Origin: Candidatus Cloacimonadota bacterium
GTDB lineage: Bacteria > Cloacimonadota > Cloacimonadia > G963667145
Length of the DNA: 64,000 nucleotides
Assembly (NCBI GenBank): GCA_963676615.1
Contig: OY781092.1
Span: 1,440,001-1,504,000, forward strand
Direction of reading: 5' to 3'
Position 1 is the first letter of the stretch, and each line of letters starts with the position of its first letter. The notes beneath the pieces were generated by a model. The model saw nothing but the letters and a program-made list of their open reading frames with translations. It did not search any database and was not told the DNA's origin. Positions 18,268 through 28,842 of the stretch are shown here, piece by piece. Both the position numbers and the translations under genes were made by a program.

Positions 18268-19293
18268 CTACTTCCCCTGTTTCGCCTCGTATTTAATAAA
18301 CCAAATCATCACCAAAACGCCTACCACACAAGCCAAAACCACGGGCAACAGTTGTCTTGCATCTGTTGGCATCGCCAGCTTGTTCGTCACCAGCGCCTGA
18401 TTTTGCAAAAAGGCGACTTTCCCTTCAACTTTTGCGTAAATATCGGCGTATTTTACCGCTTTAAACGGCCACAAAGCGTAGAGCGAACCGATCATCAGAC
18501 CAACCAAAAAAAACAAAGTCTGGTCTTTAAATTTTGCGAACAAAAAAGTCAAAAGTCGCACAAAAAACACCGCGCCAAAAACCATTCCGAACCCAAAAAC
18601 CGCCAGTAGCATCAAATCTTCGGGATAAAACCTGTTCAGGCGCGAGACCGCCCCGATTATTTGCGAATATCTGCCGAAAAGCAAAAGGATAAACGAGCCG
18701 CTTATGCCTGGCAACACCATCGCCGAAATCGCCAAAGCTCCTACGCAAAAAAGCGACACATACTCGCCCAAACCATACGCCACGGGAGCGTCGCCGCCAC
18801 CAAGCAAACCACTATGCAAAGCCGCACTTTTTTGCAAAATCTTTGCCGACGGATCAACCGACGCCGATACATAAACTGTCAAAATCAAACCCAGCGCAAG
18901 CCAAAAAAAGTAAGAAAATTTCCGATTTTCTGCCATTTTATACGGCAAATAGACCGAAAAAAGAATCAATCCGAAGAAAAAACCGTAAGTCGGAGCGTAA
19001 AATTCCGCCAAAAGGAACTTCATCAACTTGCTGGCAAGCAAAATCGTCACGCCCGCACCCACAGCAATTTTCAGAAGAAAAATGTTCTCTTTGTCCAAAA
19101 TCTTCTGCAGCATCAATCGAAACTTTCCGCCTCTCAAATCGGCAAAAAGCTCTTTCAGATAAGCGATGTTCCACGCCGCCACAGCCTGCAAAAGTCGGTC
19201 GTAAATCCCCAAAACCAGCGCAAAAGTGCCCCCAGAAACTCCAGGGATGATATTCGCCAAACCAATAACGCCCCCAAAAACAAACTCCAACAT
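18268..19293 (-). CDS. DUF368 family membrane protein (putative undecaprenyl-phosphate translocase)
   Basis: ANIIPGVSGGT and AMVLPGISGS internal repeats. Confidence 0.9.
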   Translation of the reverse strand: MLEFVFGGVIGLANIIPGVSGGTFALVLGIYDRLLQAVAAWNIAYLKELFADLRGGKFRLMLQKILDKENIFLLKIAVGAGVTILLASKLMKFLLAEFYAPTYGFFFGLILFSVYLPYKMAENRKFSYFFWLALGLILTVYVSASVDPSAKILQKSAALHSGLLGGGDAPVAYGLGEYVSLFCVGALAISAMVLPGISGSFILLLFGRYSQIIGAVSRLNRFYPEDLMLLAVFGFGMVFGAVFFVRLLTFLFAKFKDQTLFFLVGLMIGSLYALWPFKAVKYADIYAKVEGKVAFLQNQALVTNKLAMPTDARQLLPVVLACVVGVLVMIWFIKYEAKQGK

Positions 19294-19327
19294 ATTTATC
19301 TCCTTAAAATCAAATCAATTACAACAA

Positions 19328-19343
19328 TGTTCCACGAAAAACT
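19328..19343. promoter_or_regulatory. Degenerate parS-like site
   Basis: TGTTCCACGAAAAACT, 13/16 match to TGTTCCACGTGAAACA; intergenic. Confidence 0.4.
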
Positions 19344-19425
19344 CCCCTTACCAAAACAAAGCAATCTGCCTTTCAGATATCTGACAAGTTTTTAGCCGCT
19401 ATCTTTTTGGTCTAAAAGGTGTTAA

Positions 19426-20412
19426 CTACTTCCCGCCTCTCTTTTTCGCTAGTTGCTCACACACCTCTTTCACCTTTTGGCTCTCGCCTTTGTGACAAAC
19501 CAGCAAATCGTCTCCGTCGGCAACCACGATACTGTCTCGCACGCCCACCAACGCCACCGTTTTCCCCTTTGCCAACACCAAATTGTTGCTGCTATCGACA
19601 CTCACGCTCTGATCAGAATCCACCACGCCAAAAAGCGAATCGAAGCACCCCAAATCGTTCCAACCACCCGCAAACGGCACCACCTTCACCTTCTGCGACC
19701 TCTCCATCACCGCATAATCGATGCTCTCCTTAGGAATTTTTTGCATATCCTCCAGCCTCACAAATCCATCTCGACTATTGGAATACGCAACCTTTGCCGC
19801 CTCGTAAATCTCTGGCGCATAACGACTTAACTCTTGTAGATAGACACCTGCCTGAAAGCAAAACATCCCGCTATTCCAAAAATAACGCCCAGACTCCAAA
19901 TAGCTTTGAGCGACCTTCAATTCTGGCTTTTCCCGAAAAGACAAAACTTCCTCGCCGTCCGCTTCGATATAGCCATAGCCCGTCTCGGCATAAGTCGGCT
20001 CAATCCCAAAAGTGACCAAGTTCCCCTTTTTTGCCAAACTCTCCGCTTTTTTTAACGCTTGCTCATACTTTCCATCTTTTGTCTCGATCAAATGATCGGA
20101 AGGGCTCACAAACAAAATCTCGTCCGCCGAAACCGAAAAACACGCCAACGCAATCGCAGGAGCTGTGTTTCTTCCGATAGGTTCTAACACAAAATTTACC
20201 TTTTCGGCTGTTTTTACCTGTTTTTTGGCAATATTTAACTGTTTTTGCCCCAAAATAACCAAAAATTGCTCACAAAAAGGCAAATTTCGTTCCATTGTTC
20301 GCTGAAAAAGCGATTTCCCTCCAAAAATTTGTAAAAACTGTTTTGGATTTTCTGGCTTGCTTATCGGCCAAAGTCTTGTGCCAGCTCCCCCACAAATTAT
20401 CAAATTTTGCAT
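19426..20412 (-). CDS. manC: Mannose-1-phosphate guanylyltransferase (no PMI domain)
   Basis: GGAGTRLWP, PKQF, EPIGRNTAPA, PSDH, ETGYGYI, FREKP, WNSGMF, SIDYAVME, WNDLG. Confidence 0.93.
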   Translation of the reverse strand: MQNLIICGGAGTRLWPISKPENPKQFLQIFGGKSLFQRTMERNLPFCEQFLVILGQKQLNIAKKQVKTAEKVNFVLEPIGRNTAPAIALACFSVSADEILFVSPSDHLIETKDGKYEQALKKAESLAKKGNLVTFGIEPTYAETGYGYIEADGEEVLSFREKPELKVAQSYLESGRYFWNSGMFCFQAGVYLQELSRYAPEIYEAAKVAYSNSRDGFVRLEDMQKIPKESIDYAVMERSQKVKVVPFAGGWNDLGCFDSLFGVVDSDQSVSVDSSNNLVLAKGKTVALVGVRDSIVVADGDDLLVCHKGESQKVKEVCEQLAKKRGGK

Positions 20413-20471
20413 AAAAACTCCTAAAAAACTAAAAAAAACGGCAAATTTCCCTGAAAAAAGCTATTTTTTTC

Positions 20472-22547
20472 TTAATATCCCCTCGTTTTTTCGATTATCG
20501 CCTCTTTCACCTTAGTCGGCACCAAATCGTATTTCAAAAACTCCATACTCATCAAAGCTCGCCCTTTAGACAAATTTCGTAGCCGCGTCGTATAACCAAA
20601 AAGCTCGCTAACAGGCACTTCGCAAATCACCTGCTGACGAACGCCCAAATTTTGAATGTCTACCACTTTTCCCCGTTTTCCATTCAAATCGGCGATAATA
20701 TCGCCCACATACTCCTCTGGCGAGAGCACCACCGCCTTCACAATCGGCTCCAAAAAAGTAGCCTTAGCCTCCGAAAGCGCCCTGCTGACAGCGGTCGAAG
20801 CCGCTATCGAAAAAGCCAATTCCGAAGATTCGCCCTCCTTCATCTGGGCTTCCAACAGCTCGATTTTTACACCTCTGACAGGCCAAGAAAAAATAGGTCC
20901 CGCAGCACAACCGCCCAAAGCTCCCTCTTCAGCAGCCTTCAAAAATTCTGGCGTCAAAGAACCCACACCAACTGCGCTCTCGTATTTGTTTTGACTATCA
21001 TCAGAGCCACCACCCATCAAACCCGAAACCCGCACCTTGACCTTCGCGTAATGATTTTTGCCCTTAATCTCGCGCGCAAACTCCTCGGTGTATTCTGCAG
21101 AGTTCAAAATCGTCTCCCGATAAGCAACCTGCGGCTTGCCGACATTCGCCTGCACACCAAATTCGCTCTTGAGCCGATAAATCAGCACCTCCAAATGCAG
21201 CTCACCCATTCCAGAAATCACAATCTGCCCAGAATTTTCGTCCTCTCGCACAAAAAAAGTCGGATCTTCCTCCGCCAAACGCTTCAACGAGCCAATCAAC
21301 CTATCGTAATCGCCCTTGGTTTGCGGCTCTACCACCATCGAAATCACCGCTTCGGGAAAATTCATTTTCGGAAGCTCCACGCTCACGCCTCTTCCAGCCA
21401 AAGTTTGCCCAGTTTCCACATCTTTCGGACCCACAAAAGTCGCAATATCGCCATAACCGACCTCGTTCAAATCGGTCGTTTTGTTCGAATGCATCTGCAA
21501 AATCCGCATAATCTTCTCTTTTTTGCCCGTCTGGCGATTTATCAACACATCGCCTTTCTTCACCTTGCCCGAATAAACCCGCACATACAAAAGCTTGCCC
21601 ATATGCTTATCAATCTGCACCTTATACACCAAAACTATCGGCGCATCATCGCGAGGAGCAAAGCTCTTTTGCTCACCATTTTCCAAAACCAAAAACTCGC
21701 TCTTATCCACTGGCGACGGCAAAAAATCGCCAATTGCGTCCATCAAAAGCCGCACACCCATATTTTTTAGCGAAGATCCGCACAAAATCGGCGTAATTTG
21801 CAAATTTTTCGTCGCTTTTCGCAAAGATGCCACGATTTCCGCCTCAGAAAGCTCTTCTTCCTCCAAAATTTTCTCCATCAAAGCGTCGTCCACTTCCGAC
21901 AAAGCGTCCAAAAGCAACTCCCGATACAAATGATACTCGTCCATCGCCGCCGCTGGAATCTCCCGTGCAACCATCTTGCTCCCATACTCCTCTTGATCAA
22001 AATAGTAGGCAACGCCGCGAATCACATCCACAATCGCTTCAAAATCAGCCTCTTTTCCCAGCGGAAACTGAATCGCTACCGCATTTTCCACCAATCTTTG
22101 CTTAATCTCCTTAAAAACCCGCTCGAAATCTGCACCAACTCTATCCAGCTTATTCACATAAGCGATTTTGGGAATATTATACCGCTCCGATTGCGCCCAA
22201 ACCGTCTCACTCTGCGGCTCGACACCACCAACACCGCAAAAAACGCCCACAGCTCCGTCGAGCACCCGCAAACTTCGCTCCACTTCCGCCGTAAAATCCA
22301 CATGCCCGGGCGTATCGATGATGTTAATCTGCCTTTTTTTCCAGCTGAGTGTCGTCACCGCCGAAGTTATCGTAATCCCCCGGTCCTGCTCCTGCTCCAT
22401 CCAATCCATCGTCGCATTTCCGTCGTGCACCTCGCCCATTCGGTGAATTCTGCCCGAATAAAACAAAATCCGCTCCGTTGTAGTCGTCTTGCCAGCATCT
22501 ATATGCGCCATTATGCCAATATTTCGGATATCTTCTCTCTTCGCCAT
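20472..22547 (-). CDS. fusA: Elongation factor G, stand-alone divergent paralog (EF-G2-like)
   Basis: [31 protein letters not shown]; not in a str operon. Confidence 0.92.
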   Translation of the reverse strand: MAKREDIRNIGIMAHIDAGKTTTTERILFYSGRIHRMGEVHDGNATMDWMEQEQDRGITITSAVTTLSWKKRQINIIDTPGHVDFTAEVERSLRVLDGAVGVFCGVGGVEPQSETVWAQSERYNIPKIAYVNKLDRVGADFERVFKEIKQRLVENAVAIQFPLGKEADFEAIVDVIRGVAYYFDQEEYGSKMVAREIPAAAMDEYHLYRELLLDALSEVDDALMEKILEEEELSEAEIVASLRKATKNLQITPILCGSSLKNMGVRLLMDAIGDFLPSPVDKSEFLVLENGEQKSFAPRDDAPIVLVYKVQIDKHMGKLLYVRVYSGKVKKGDVLINRQTGKKEKIMRILQMHSNKTTDLNEVGYGDIATFVGPKDVETGQTLAGRGVSVELPKMNFPEAVISMVVEPQTKGDYDRLIGSLKRLAEEDPTFFVREDENSGQIVISGMGELHLEVLIYRLKSEFGVQANVGKPQVAYRETILNSAEYTEEFAREIKGKNHYAKVKVRVSGLMGGGSDDSQNKYESAVGVGSLTPEFLKAAEEGALGGCAAGPIFSWPVRGVKIELLEAQMKEGESSELAFSIAASTAVSRALSEAKATFLEPIVKAVVLSPEEYVGDIIADLNGKRGKVVDIQNLGVRQQVICEVPVSELFGYTTRLRNLSKGRALMSMEFLKYDLVPTKVKEAIIEKTRGY

Positions 22548-22764
22548 TAAAACTCCTAATATTTCAAATTATTTTTTTCGCTAAACTAGCGACCAAATCT
22601 TTCTTTCAAAACGCAAAATTTTCGCCAAAAACTGCCAAAAAACAGCAAAAACTTCCAAAAATAACCCAAATTTTTACAAAAAAGCACTCAAAAGGTCTAA
22701 ACATACCCAAATTTTGCTAAAATTACGATTTTCTCAAAAAACTTTTGTTTCCCAAACAAAAAAA

Positions 22765-22780
22765 AGTTCCACATGGAACA
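22765..22780. promoter_or_regulatory. parS centromere-like site
   Basis: AGTTCCACATGGAACA, 14/16 match to TGTTCCACGTGGAACA; intergenic, 10 kb from oriC. Confidence 0.7.
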
Positions 22781-22873
22781 AATTTGTTTTTCTTTATTTT
22801 TCAGTAAGATGTAAAACTCTTTTATTTTCCTGCTATTTTCTCATTTTTTTATATCTTACCAATTTTCAATCTG

Positions 22874-23488
22874 TTATCTATTCTCTATCACTTCGACATC
22901 GTCAGGCAAAGAAAACTCAAAAAGCGACGGCTCAATTTTTTTGCTAGGTTGCAAATCGAAAAACTCATAACAAGTAGAGTTTCCCTCAAAATCAAAATAT
23001 TTCACCAAAAAAATCTCGCCCTCTTTCAAACCAATCTCCACTTTTGCCACATTATCGCTCTCCGCCAAATTCGGCACAAACTCATAAACGACGCCGAAAC
23101 CCTCTTTTTTGCGAAGAAAATCTTTTCCGCCATCCAAAAATTTCGCAACCATTTTATTCGGCCAAAAAATCAAAGTCGGCGACGAAACAATCTTCTGGTT
23201 GCTCTCCTGCAAAAAAACGACCGTCTCGTGCTTGTCCGAAAAAACCAGCTGCACCGACGGCGACGCATATTTTATCAAAAGTTTATCTCTATCAAAAAAA
23301 ATCTCGCCAGAATAAATCTCTTCGCTGTCGGTCATTTTAATAAAATTCGTCTGCCGAATTTTCGCCTGAAAAGCCGACATTCCCACAAATTTATCCACCG
23401 CTTTTTGCAGTTCACTCGGAATTTCGTCCGCCCACAAAAAACTCACGCAAAAAAACACACCAAACAAAATCCGCCTAAACATAGCCAT
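22874..23488 (-). CDS. lolA: Outer-membrane lipoprotein carrier LolA
   Basis: Signal peptide, C-terminal F.F..P..VEVI, located downstream of ftsK. Confidence 0.8.
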   Translation of the reverse strand: MAMFRRILFGVFFCVSFLWADEIPSELQKAVDKFVGMSAFQAKIRQTNFIKMTDSEEIYSGEIFFDRDKLLIKYASPSVQLVFSDKHETVVFLQESNQKIVSSPTLIFWPNKMVAKFLDGGKDFLRKKEGFGVVYEFVPNLAESDNVAKVEIGLKEGEIFLVKYFDFEGNSTCYEFFDLQPSKKIEPSLFEFSLPDDVEVIENR

Positions 23489-25805
23489 AAACCTTCAACT
23501 CCTCTTCTGTCGCCCGCACATCGCGCGGCTTGCTTCCCAAATGCGGACCGATAATGCCTGCCTGCTCCAGCAAATCGATGAGCCTGCCAGCTCGCGCATA
23601 GCCAATCTTGAAGTGCCGCTGCAACATCGACACCGACGCCGTTTTGCTCTCCACAACGAACTTCGCCGCTTCCACAAAAAGCTCGTCTTCGCCCTCAAAT
23701 CCGCCGCTGACAGAGTCGTCCTCCTCGTTAAACAACACAAAATTTTGCTGCGGCTTCGGTTGCGTTTTCAGATATTTAACTACTCGCTCGATCTCCTGAT
23801 CCGAGATAAACGCCCCATGAACGCGAATTGCGTCCGATTTCCCAGGCGCCAAAAACAGCATATCGCCTCTACCCAGCAATTTCTCCGCACCGTTTGCATC
23901 CAAAATCACTCGAGAATCGATTTTCGACGACACCCGAAAAGCTATCCGTGACGGAAAATTCGCCTTTATCACACCCGTAATAACCTGCGTCGATGGGCGC
24001 TGTGTCGCCAAAATTATATGAAAACCAACCGCCCTACCCATCTGCGCCAGCCGCGTTATCGGCTTTTCGATGTCTTTGCCCGCCGTCATTATCAAATCGG
24101 CAAACTCGTCCACAATCACCACAATATAAGGCAGTTTCTCCACCCGCTCGGCTTCCAAAACATCACTCTGATCCAAGCCCTCGACCACCTTATTAAACGA
24201 CCGCAAATCACGAACGCCATATTTTTGCAAAAGAGAATAACGGTCGTCCATCTCCTTCGTCGCCCAATTCAACGCCGCAAGGCTATCCTCGGGCAAAGTC
24301 ACAATCTCCTGAATAAGATGCGGGATGTCCGCGTAGCCCGAAAGTTCAATCTTTTTCGGGTCGATCATCACCAGTCGCATCTCCTGCGGCGTCAGATAAA
24401 AAAGCAGCGAGTTGATCAGCGTGTTCACGCAAACGCTTTTGCCCGCTCCAGTGGCGCCCGCTATCAGCAAATGCGGCGTCTTCGACAAATCGGCAATCAC
24501 GGGATTTCCCGCAATATCGACGCCCAGCGCAATCGGCAAATTCATATCGCCCTGATAGCCCTCCAAAACTTTCCGCAGCGAAATCAGCTCCATCTCCTGA
24601 TTTGGAATCTCGATGCCGACCTTATCCTCGCCTGGAATGGGTGCCTGCACCCGTAGCGACCGAGCCTTGAGCGCCAGCGACAAATCGTCCTGCAGCGACA
24701 CAAACCTGCTAACCTTCACACCCGGCGACGGCGTCAGCTCAAACTGCGTAATCACAGGGCCGTAACTCACGCCCACAACTTTCGCCTCAACGCCAAACTC
24801 CGCCAACTTCGTCTCCAAAATCAGCGAAATCTTTTCGGCTCGCTGCTGCAACAAAGCGCTATCTTTCTTCGTGCTGACAGACAATTTGTTCAAAAACTTG
24901 TCCATCGACGGCAAAACGAATTTTTCAGTGTCGCTAACTACCTCATTTTCCTCACTTTCCACAAAAGTTCTATGTGGAACAATTTTTTCTTCTTTTTTCG
25001 TATCTACATTATTTTCGGCGAAGTTAAGTTCATCGTCATTCCCAGCAAAAACAATCTCAGGCTCAGCAAAACTTTCTTCTGGCAACTGAAAAGGGTTATC
25101 GTCCACCTCTTCTGCCTCTTCGACCTGTTTTTTCTTCGGAGAAAAAGAGATTTTCTTCTCCAAAAGCGGCTTCAGTCTCTTCTCATAAAAGCGAAAAATC
25201 ACGCCATCTTTCCAGCTGATATTTTTCACCTCTTTGTAGGCGCTCTCCGAACCTTTGTAAACTTTGCGTGCAACTTTCCCCGTAAATCCCAAAAAATCGC
25301 AAATTTTTCTCAGTTCCACAAAAACGATTAAAAAGAAGAAAAAAAGAAAAAAAGTCACTATCGCCGAGCCAGTTTTGCCAAAAATGTGCGCAAAAAAGAC
25401 CAAATAACTATCGGCAACCGTGCCCACAGGTGTCGAAAAAAAATCCAGTTGAATGAGAAAAAAGTAAAAAAACAAAGAAAAAACAAAAAAGCTGAAAACT
25501 TTCGTCAGCAAAAAATTGCCTCTTTTTGGGAAAAAAAGAACGAGACCAAACAAAAGCAAGAGCAAATCTATCAAATAGACGAAATAGTTGCCGAAGATGT
25601 GATAGCCCCAATAGCTGACAACCAGCCCAAAAATTCCCACGGGGTTTGTCGTCGAAACGCCGAATTTCGCCGAGCCATTTATTCCCGAAAAAGTGCGATA
25701 ATCGAAAAGCGTGTCCACAAAACCCGCCGAGAGCGCAACAAAAAACAGCACCGAAAACAGGACGAGCAAACCGCCCCAAAAGAGTCGTCTTTTATTCATC
25801 GGCAA
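23475..25805 (-). CDS. ftsK: DNA translocase FtsK
   Basis: N-terminal TMs, PHLLIAGATGAGKS, MIDPK, DEFADL, ATQRPS, gamma domain SMLQRHFKIGYARA. Confidence 0.97.
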   Translation of the reverse strand: MPMNKRRLFWGGLLVLFSVLFFVALSAGFVDTLFDYRTFSGINGSAKFGVSTTNPVGIFGLVVSYWGYHIFGNYFVYLIDLLLLLFGLVLFFPKRGNFLLTKVFSFFVFSLFFYFFLIQLDFFSTPVGTVADSYLVFFAHIFGKTGSAIVTFFLFFFFLIVFVELRKICDFLGFTGKVARKVYKGSESAYKEVKNISWKDGVIFRFYEKRLKPLLEKKISFSPKKKQVEEAEEVDDNPFQLPEESFAEPEIVFAGNDDELNFAENNVDTKKEEKIVPHRTFVESEENEVVSDTEKFVLPSMDKFLNKLSVSTKKDSALLQQRAEKISLILETKLAEFGVEAKVVGVSYGPVITQFELTPSPGVKVSRFVSLQDDLSLALKARSLRVQAPIPGEDKVGIEIPNQEMELISLRKVLEGYQGDMNLPIALGVDIAGNPVIADLSKTPHLLIAGATGAGKSVCVNTLINSLLFYLTPQEMRLVMIDPKKIELSGYADIPHLIQEIVTLPEDSLAALNWATKEMDDRYSLLQKYGVRDLRSFNKVVEGLDQSDVLEAERVEKLPYIVVIVDEFADLIMTAGKDIEKPITRLAQMGRAVGFHIILATQRPSTQVITGVIKANFPSRIAFRVSSKIDSRVILDANGAEKLLGRGDMLFLAPGKSDAIRVHGAFISDQEIERVVKYLKTQPKPQQNFVLFNEEDDSVSGGFEGEDELFVEAAKFVVESKTASVSMLQRHFKIGYARAGRLIDLLEQAGIIGPHLGSKPRDVRATEEELKVYGYV

Positions 25806-25810
25806 AAAGC

Positions 25811-26890
25811 CTAAACATTAAATCGGAAGTTGATAATATCGCCGTCTTTGACGGGATACTCCTTGCCCTCTAGCCGCAAAAGCCCCTTACTTTTGGCAAC
25901 TGCCATCGAGCCGCAAGCTTTGAAATCGGCAAAAGAGATTGTCTCGGCTCGAATAAATCCGCGTTGAATGTCCGAGTGAATTTTGCCCGCAGCCTCAGGC
26001 GCCAAAGTCCCTTTTTTGATCGTCCAAGCTCGCACCTCTTTTTCGCCCGCAGTCAAAAAACTAATCAGGTTCAAAAGCGCATAACTCCGCAAAACGATTT
26101 TGTCCAAGCCAGAGCGGCTCAAACCCAAATCTTGCAAAAACTCCTTCTTCTCCGCTGGCTCCAGCTGCGCAATCTCGTTCTCAATCTCCGCCGAAATCAG
26201 CAAAACCTCGTCCTTGCCAACCTCATCCTTCAGGCTCTGCACAAAAGCGTTGCCGTCCACAACATCGTCCTCGCCAACATTCGCTACATACAAAACCGGC
26301 TTGGCGCTAAGCAAGTTCAAGCTCTTCATCACCGCTTTCTCGTCGTCCGAAAGCTGCAAATCTTTCAGCGGCTTCTCCTGATCGAGCTGCGCAAAAATCC
26401 GCTCCAACAGTTCCAGCCGTTTAAAGGCCGTCTTGTCCGCCTTCAACTGCTTTTGCGCCTTCTCTATCTGCCGCGCCAAAAACTGCTGATCCGCCAGCAT
26501 CAGCTCCAAATTTATCGTCTGCACATCCGCCACAGGGTCAACTTCGCCGCTCACATGAGCCACATTCTCGTCCTCAAAACAGCGAACCACATGAATAATC
26601 GCCTCCACCTCTCGAATATTCGCCAAAAACTTATTCCCCAAACCCTCACCTTTGGAGGCTCCCTTCACCAATCCAGCAATATCAAAAAACTCAATCGAAG
26701 TGTAAACTTTCGACTTCGCCTTGTAGAAATCTTCCAAAAACTCCAGCCGATCGTCTGGAACGCTCACCACGCCTACATTTGGCTCAATCGTGCAAAAAGG
26801 ATAGTTCGCAGACTCCGCTCCCGCAGAAGTTATCGCATTAAAAAGAGTGCTCTTCCCCACATTTGGCAATCCCACAATACCTAATTTCAT
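25811..26890 (-). CDS. ychF: Redox-regulated ATPase YchF
   Basis: [45 protein letters not shown] domain ending FRFNV. Confidence 0.97.
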   Translation of the reverse strand: MKLGIVGLPNVGKSTLFNAITSAGAESANYPFCTIEPNVGVVSVPDDRLEFLEDFYKAKSKVYTSIEFFDIAGLVKGASKGEGLGNKFLANIREVEAIIHVVRCFEDENVAHVSGEVDPVADVQTINLELMLADQQFLARQIEKAQKQLKADKTAFKRLELLERIFAQLDQEKPLKDLQLSDDEKAVMKSLNLLSAKPVLYVANVGEDDVVDGNAFVQSLKDEVGKDEVLLISAEIENEIAQLEPAEKKEFLQDLGLSRSGLDKIVLRSYALLNLISFLTAGEKEVRAWTIKKGTLAPEAAGKIHSDIQRGFIRAETISFADFKACGSMAVAKSKGLLRLEGKEYPVKDGDIINFRFNV

Positions 26891-26951
26891 ATCAGTCCTC
26901 AAATTAAGATTTTTTCTAACAACTCAGGCAATGAAAAAAATGAACAAGCGG

Positions 26952-26991
26952 TGTCAATCAAATTTAACTGAAAAACAAAATTAACTTGACA
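26952..26991. promoter_or_regulatory. Divergent -35 boxes for ychF and the hpf operon
   Basis: TGTCAA 26952-26957 and TTGACA 26986-26991. Confidence 0.55.
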
Positions 26992-27052
26992 CTCTAGCCC
27001 AATTTTTCTCTTAATACTGACAAAATTAACACCTTTTTCACTAGGAGGCAAT

Positions 27053-27595
27053 ATGCAAATCAGTATTACCGCAAGACACTTTGACCTGACCGATTCCGTC
27101 AAAGACTATTTAGAAGCAGCGTGCGAACACTTCTCTCATTATTTCGAAAAAATCATCGATGTAAAAGCAACCTTAGACTACAACAAATCCAAATCAGACT
27201 GCTTCGCCGTTGCAATCGCAGCGCACTGCTCTGGCATCGATTTTAGGGCAGAAGCCGAAAATAAAGACTCGTTCAAGGCAATCGACGAATGTTGCCACAA
27301 AATCGAAACACAACTAAAAAAAGACCGCGAAAAAAAGACCGAACACCACAAAGCAAAGCAAAAAAGCTACTCCAAAAGGTCAAAAAGCAACCTCTACAAA
27401 AAAGCGCAAAACGGAGAAAGCAAAGTCGAGCTCGAATCGCATAAATTTTTTGCCGACACAATGAACTCCGACCAAGCCATCGACTCGCTAGAACAAAACA
27501 ATCTGAAATATTTCGTCTATCGAGACAGCGACTCAGGCAAAGTCAACACCGTCATCAAAATCGACGAGCAACTCTACAAATTCATCGAAGTCTAA
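27053..27595 (+). CDS. hpf: Ribosome hibernation promoting factor, long form
   Basis: ISITARHFDLTDSVKDY, AID....KIE.QLKK, C-terminal FVYRD...VN domain. Confidence 0.9.
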   Translation: MQISITARHFDLTDSVKDYLEAACEHFSHYFEKIIDVKATLDYNKSKSDCFAVAIAAHCSGIDFRAEAENKDSFKAIDECCHKIETQLKKDREKKTEHHKAKQKSYSKRSKSNLYKKAQNGESKVELESHKFFADTMNSDQAIDSLEQNNLKYFVYRDSDSGKVNTVIKIDEQLYKFIEV

Positions 27596-27622
27596 TTTTT
27601 TCGCAATCATAACTCCTTTTAG

Positions 27623-28576
27623 ATGAAAAACATAACAACTCAGGAGCTTTTTGAGATTCTAGAAAAAGAGAACATTTTTAGCAAAGTTACAGACGAAAAA
27701 ACTTTTTCTACCGTCATCACAAACCCTTATATCACTCGTCCGGGGCTCCCCCTGTCTGGATATTTCGAGAGATTTTCCTACGACAGAGTGCAGGTGTTTG
27801 GCGACCCCGAAATTGGCTATATCCAAAGCTCGTCCCAAGACGAAATCTACGAAAAAATCAAGCGGATGTTCACCTACAGCATCCCTTGTCTTTTTTTTAG
27901 CAAAGGCAACACCGTTCCGCAATTCATCACCATTTTGGCAAACGAATCCAACATCCCGATAATCCAAACGCCCATTTCCACAGACAACCTAATCAAACTC
28001 ATCTCACAAAAACTGGACGAAGTATTTTGCCCGCGCGCCACCGAACACTCAACATTTATGGACATCTACGGCGCAGGCGTGCTGATTATAGGCAAAAGCG
28101 GCGTCGGCAAAAGCGAAAGCGCGCTAGATTTAATAGAGCGGGGACACCGCCTTGTTTGCGACGACTCCACCAGCATCACCAAACTATCAAACGGCAACCT
28201 CGAGGGCACAGCCTCCAGAGAATCTGGATCTTTTATGGAAATCCGCGGCATCGGCATCGTTGACATCCAAAAAATGTTCGGCATCCAAGCCATCCGCAAA
28301 AAAAAAGAGCTAGATATGATTATCGAGCTTATCCCCTACAACGCCAACCGCAACTACGACAGCATCAACGCCGAACGGCTGGACAACCAAAAATTCAAAG
28401 ATATTTTACAAACGCCCATTCCGCTCTTTCAACTTCCTGTCTCGCCGGGCAAAAATATGTCGATTTTAATCGAAACCGCCGTCCTCAACTTCCTGTCTAA
28501 CTCTTTTGGCTACGACGCCGCAAAAACTTACATCGACAAACAAAAAAAAACCGTCGGTAAAAAGGACAATTTATGA
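27623..28576 (+). CDS. hprK: HPr kinase/phosphorylase
   Basis: RPGL.LSGYF, GKSGVGKSESALDLIERGHRLVCDD, MEIRGIGI, PVSPGKN. Confidence 0.96.
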   Translation: MKNITTQELFEILEKENIFSKVTDEKTFSTVITNPYITRPGLPLSGYFERFSYDRVQVFGDPEIGYIQSSSQDEIYEKIKRMFTYSIPCLFFSKGNTVPQFITILANESNIPIIQTPISTDNLIKLISQKLDEVFCPRATEHSTFMDIYGAGVLIIGKSGVGKSESALDLIERGHRLVCDDSTSITKLSNGNLEGTASRESGSFMEIRGIGIVDIQKMFGIQAIRKKKELDMIIELIPYNANRNYDSINAERLDNQKFKDILQTPIPLFQLPVSPGKNMSILIETAVLNFLSNSFGYDAAKTYIDKQKKTVGKKDNL

Positions 28577-28842
28577 TCAGTGCAAACACAACCGTCCAGC
28601 TAAACTCTGGCATCCACGCAAGACCTGCGCAACTCATCGTCCAAACCGCCGAAGAGTTCAGTAGCGAAATTTTTTTGGAAAAAACAAAAGAAAACTTCAA
28701 AGCCAACGCCAAAAGCATCTTCAATGTGATGGCAATGGCGGGCGAATGCGGCGACCAAATCAAAATTTCCGCCGACGGCGACGACGAAGACGAAGCGCTA
28801 GAGGCGATGCTCGAGCTATTTGACAACAACTTTGAGCTATGA
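28573..28842 (+). CDS. ptsH: Phosphocarrier protein HPr
   Basis: GIHARPA (His15), NAKSI (Ser46), G.DE.EA. Confidence 0.96.
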   Translation: MISANTTVQLNSGIHARPAQLIVQTAEEFSSEIFLEKTKENFKANAKSIFNVMAMAGECGDQIKISADGDDEDEALEAMLELFDNNFEL

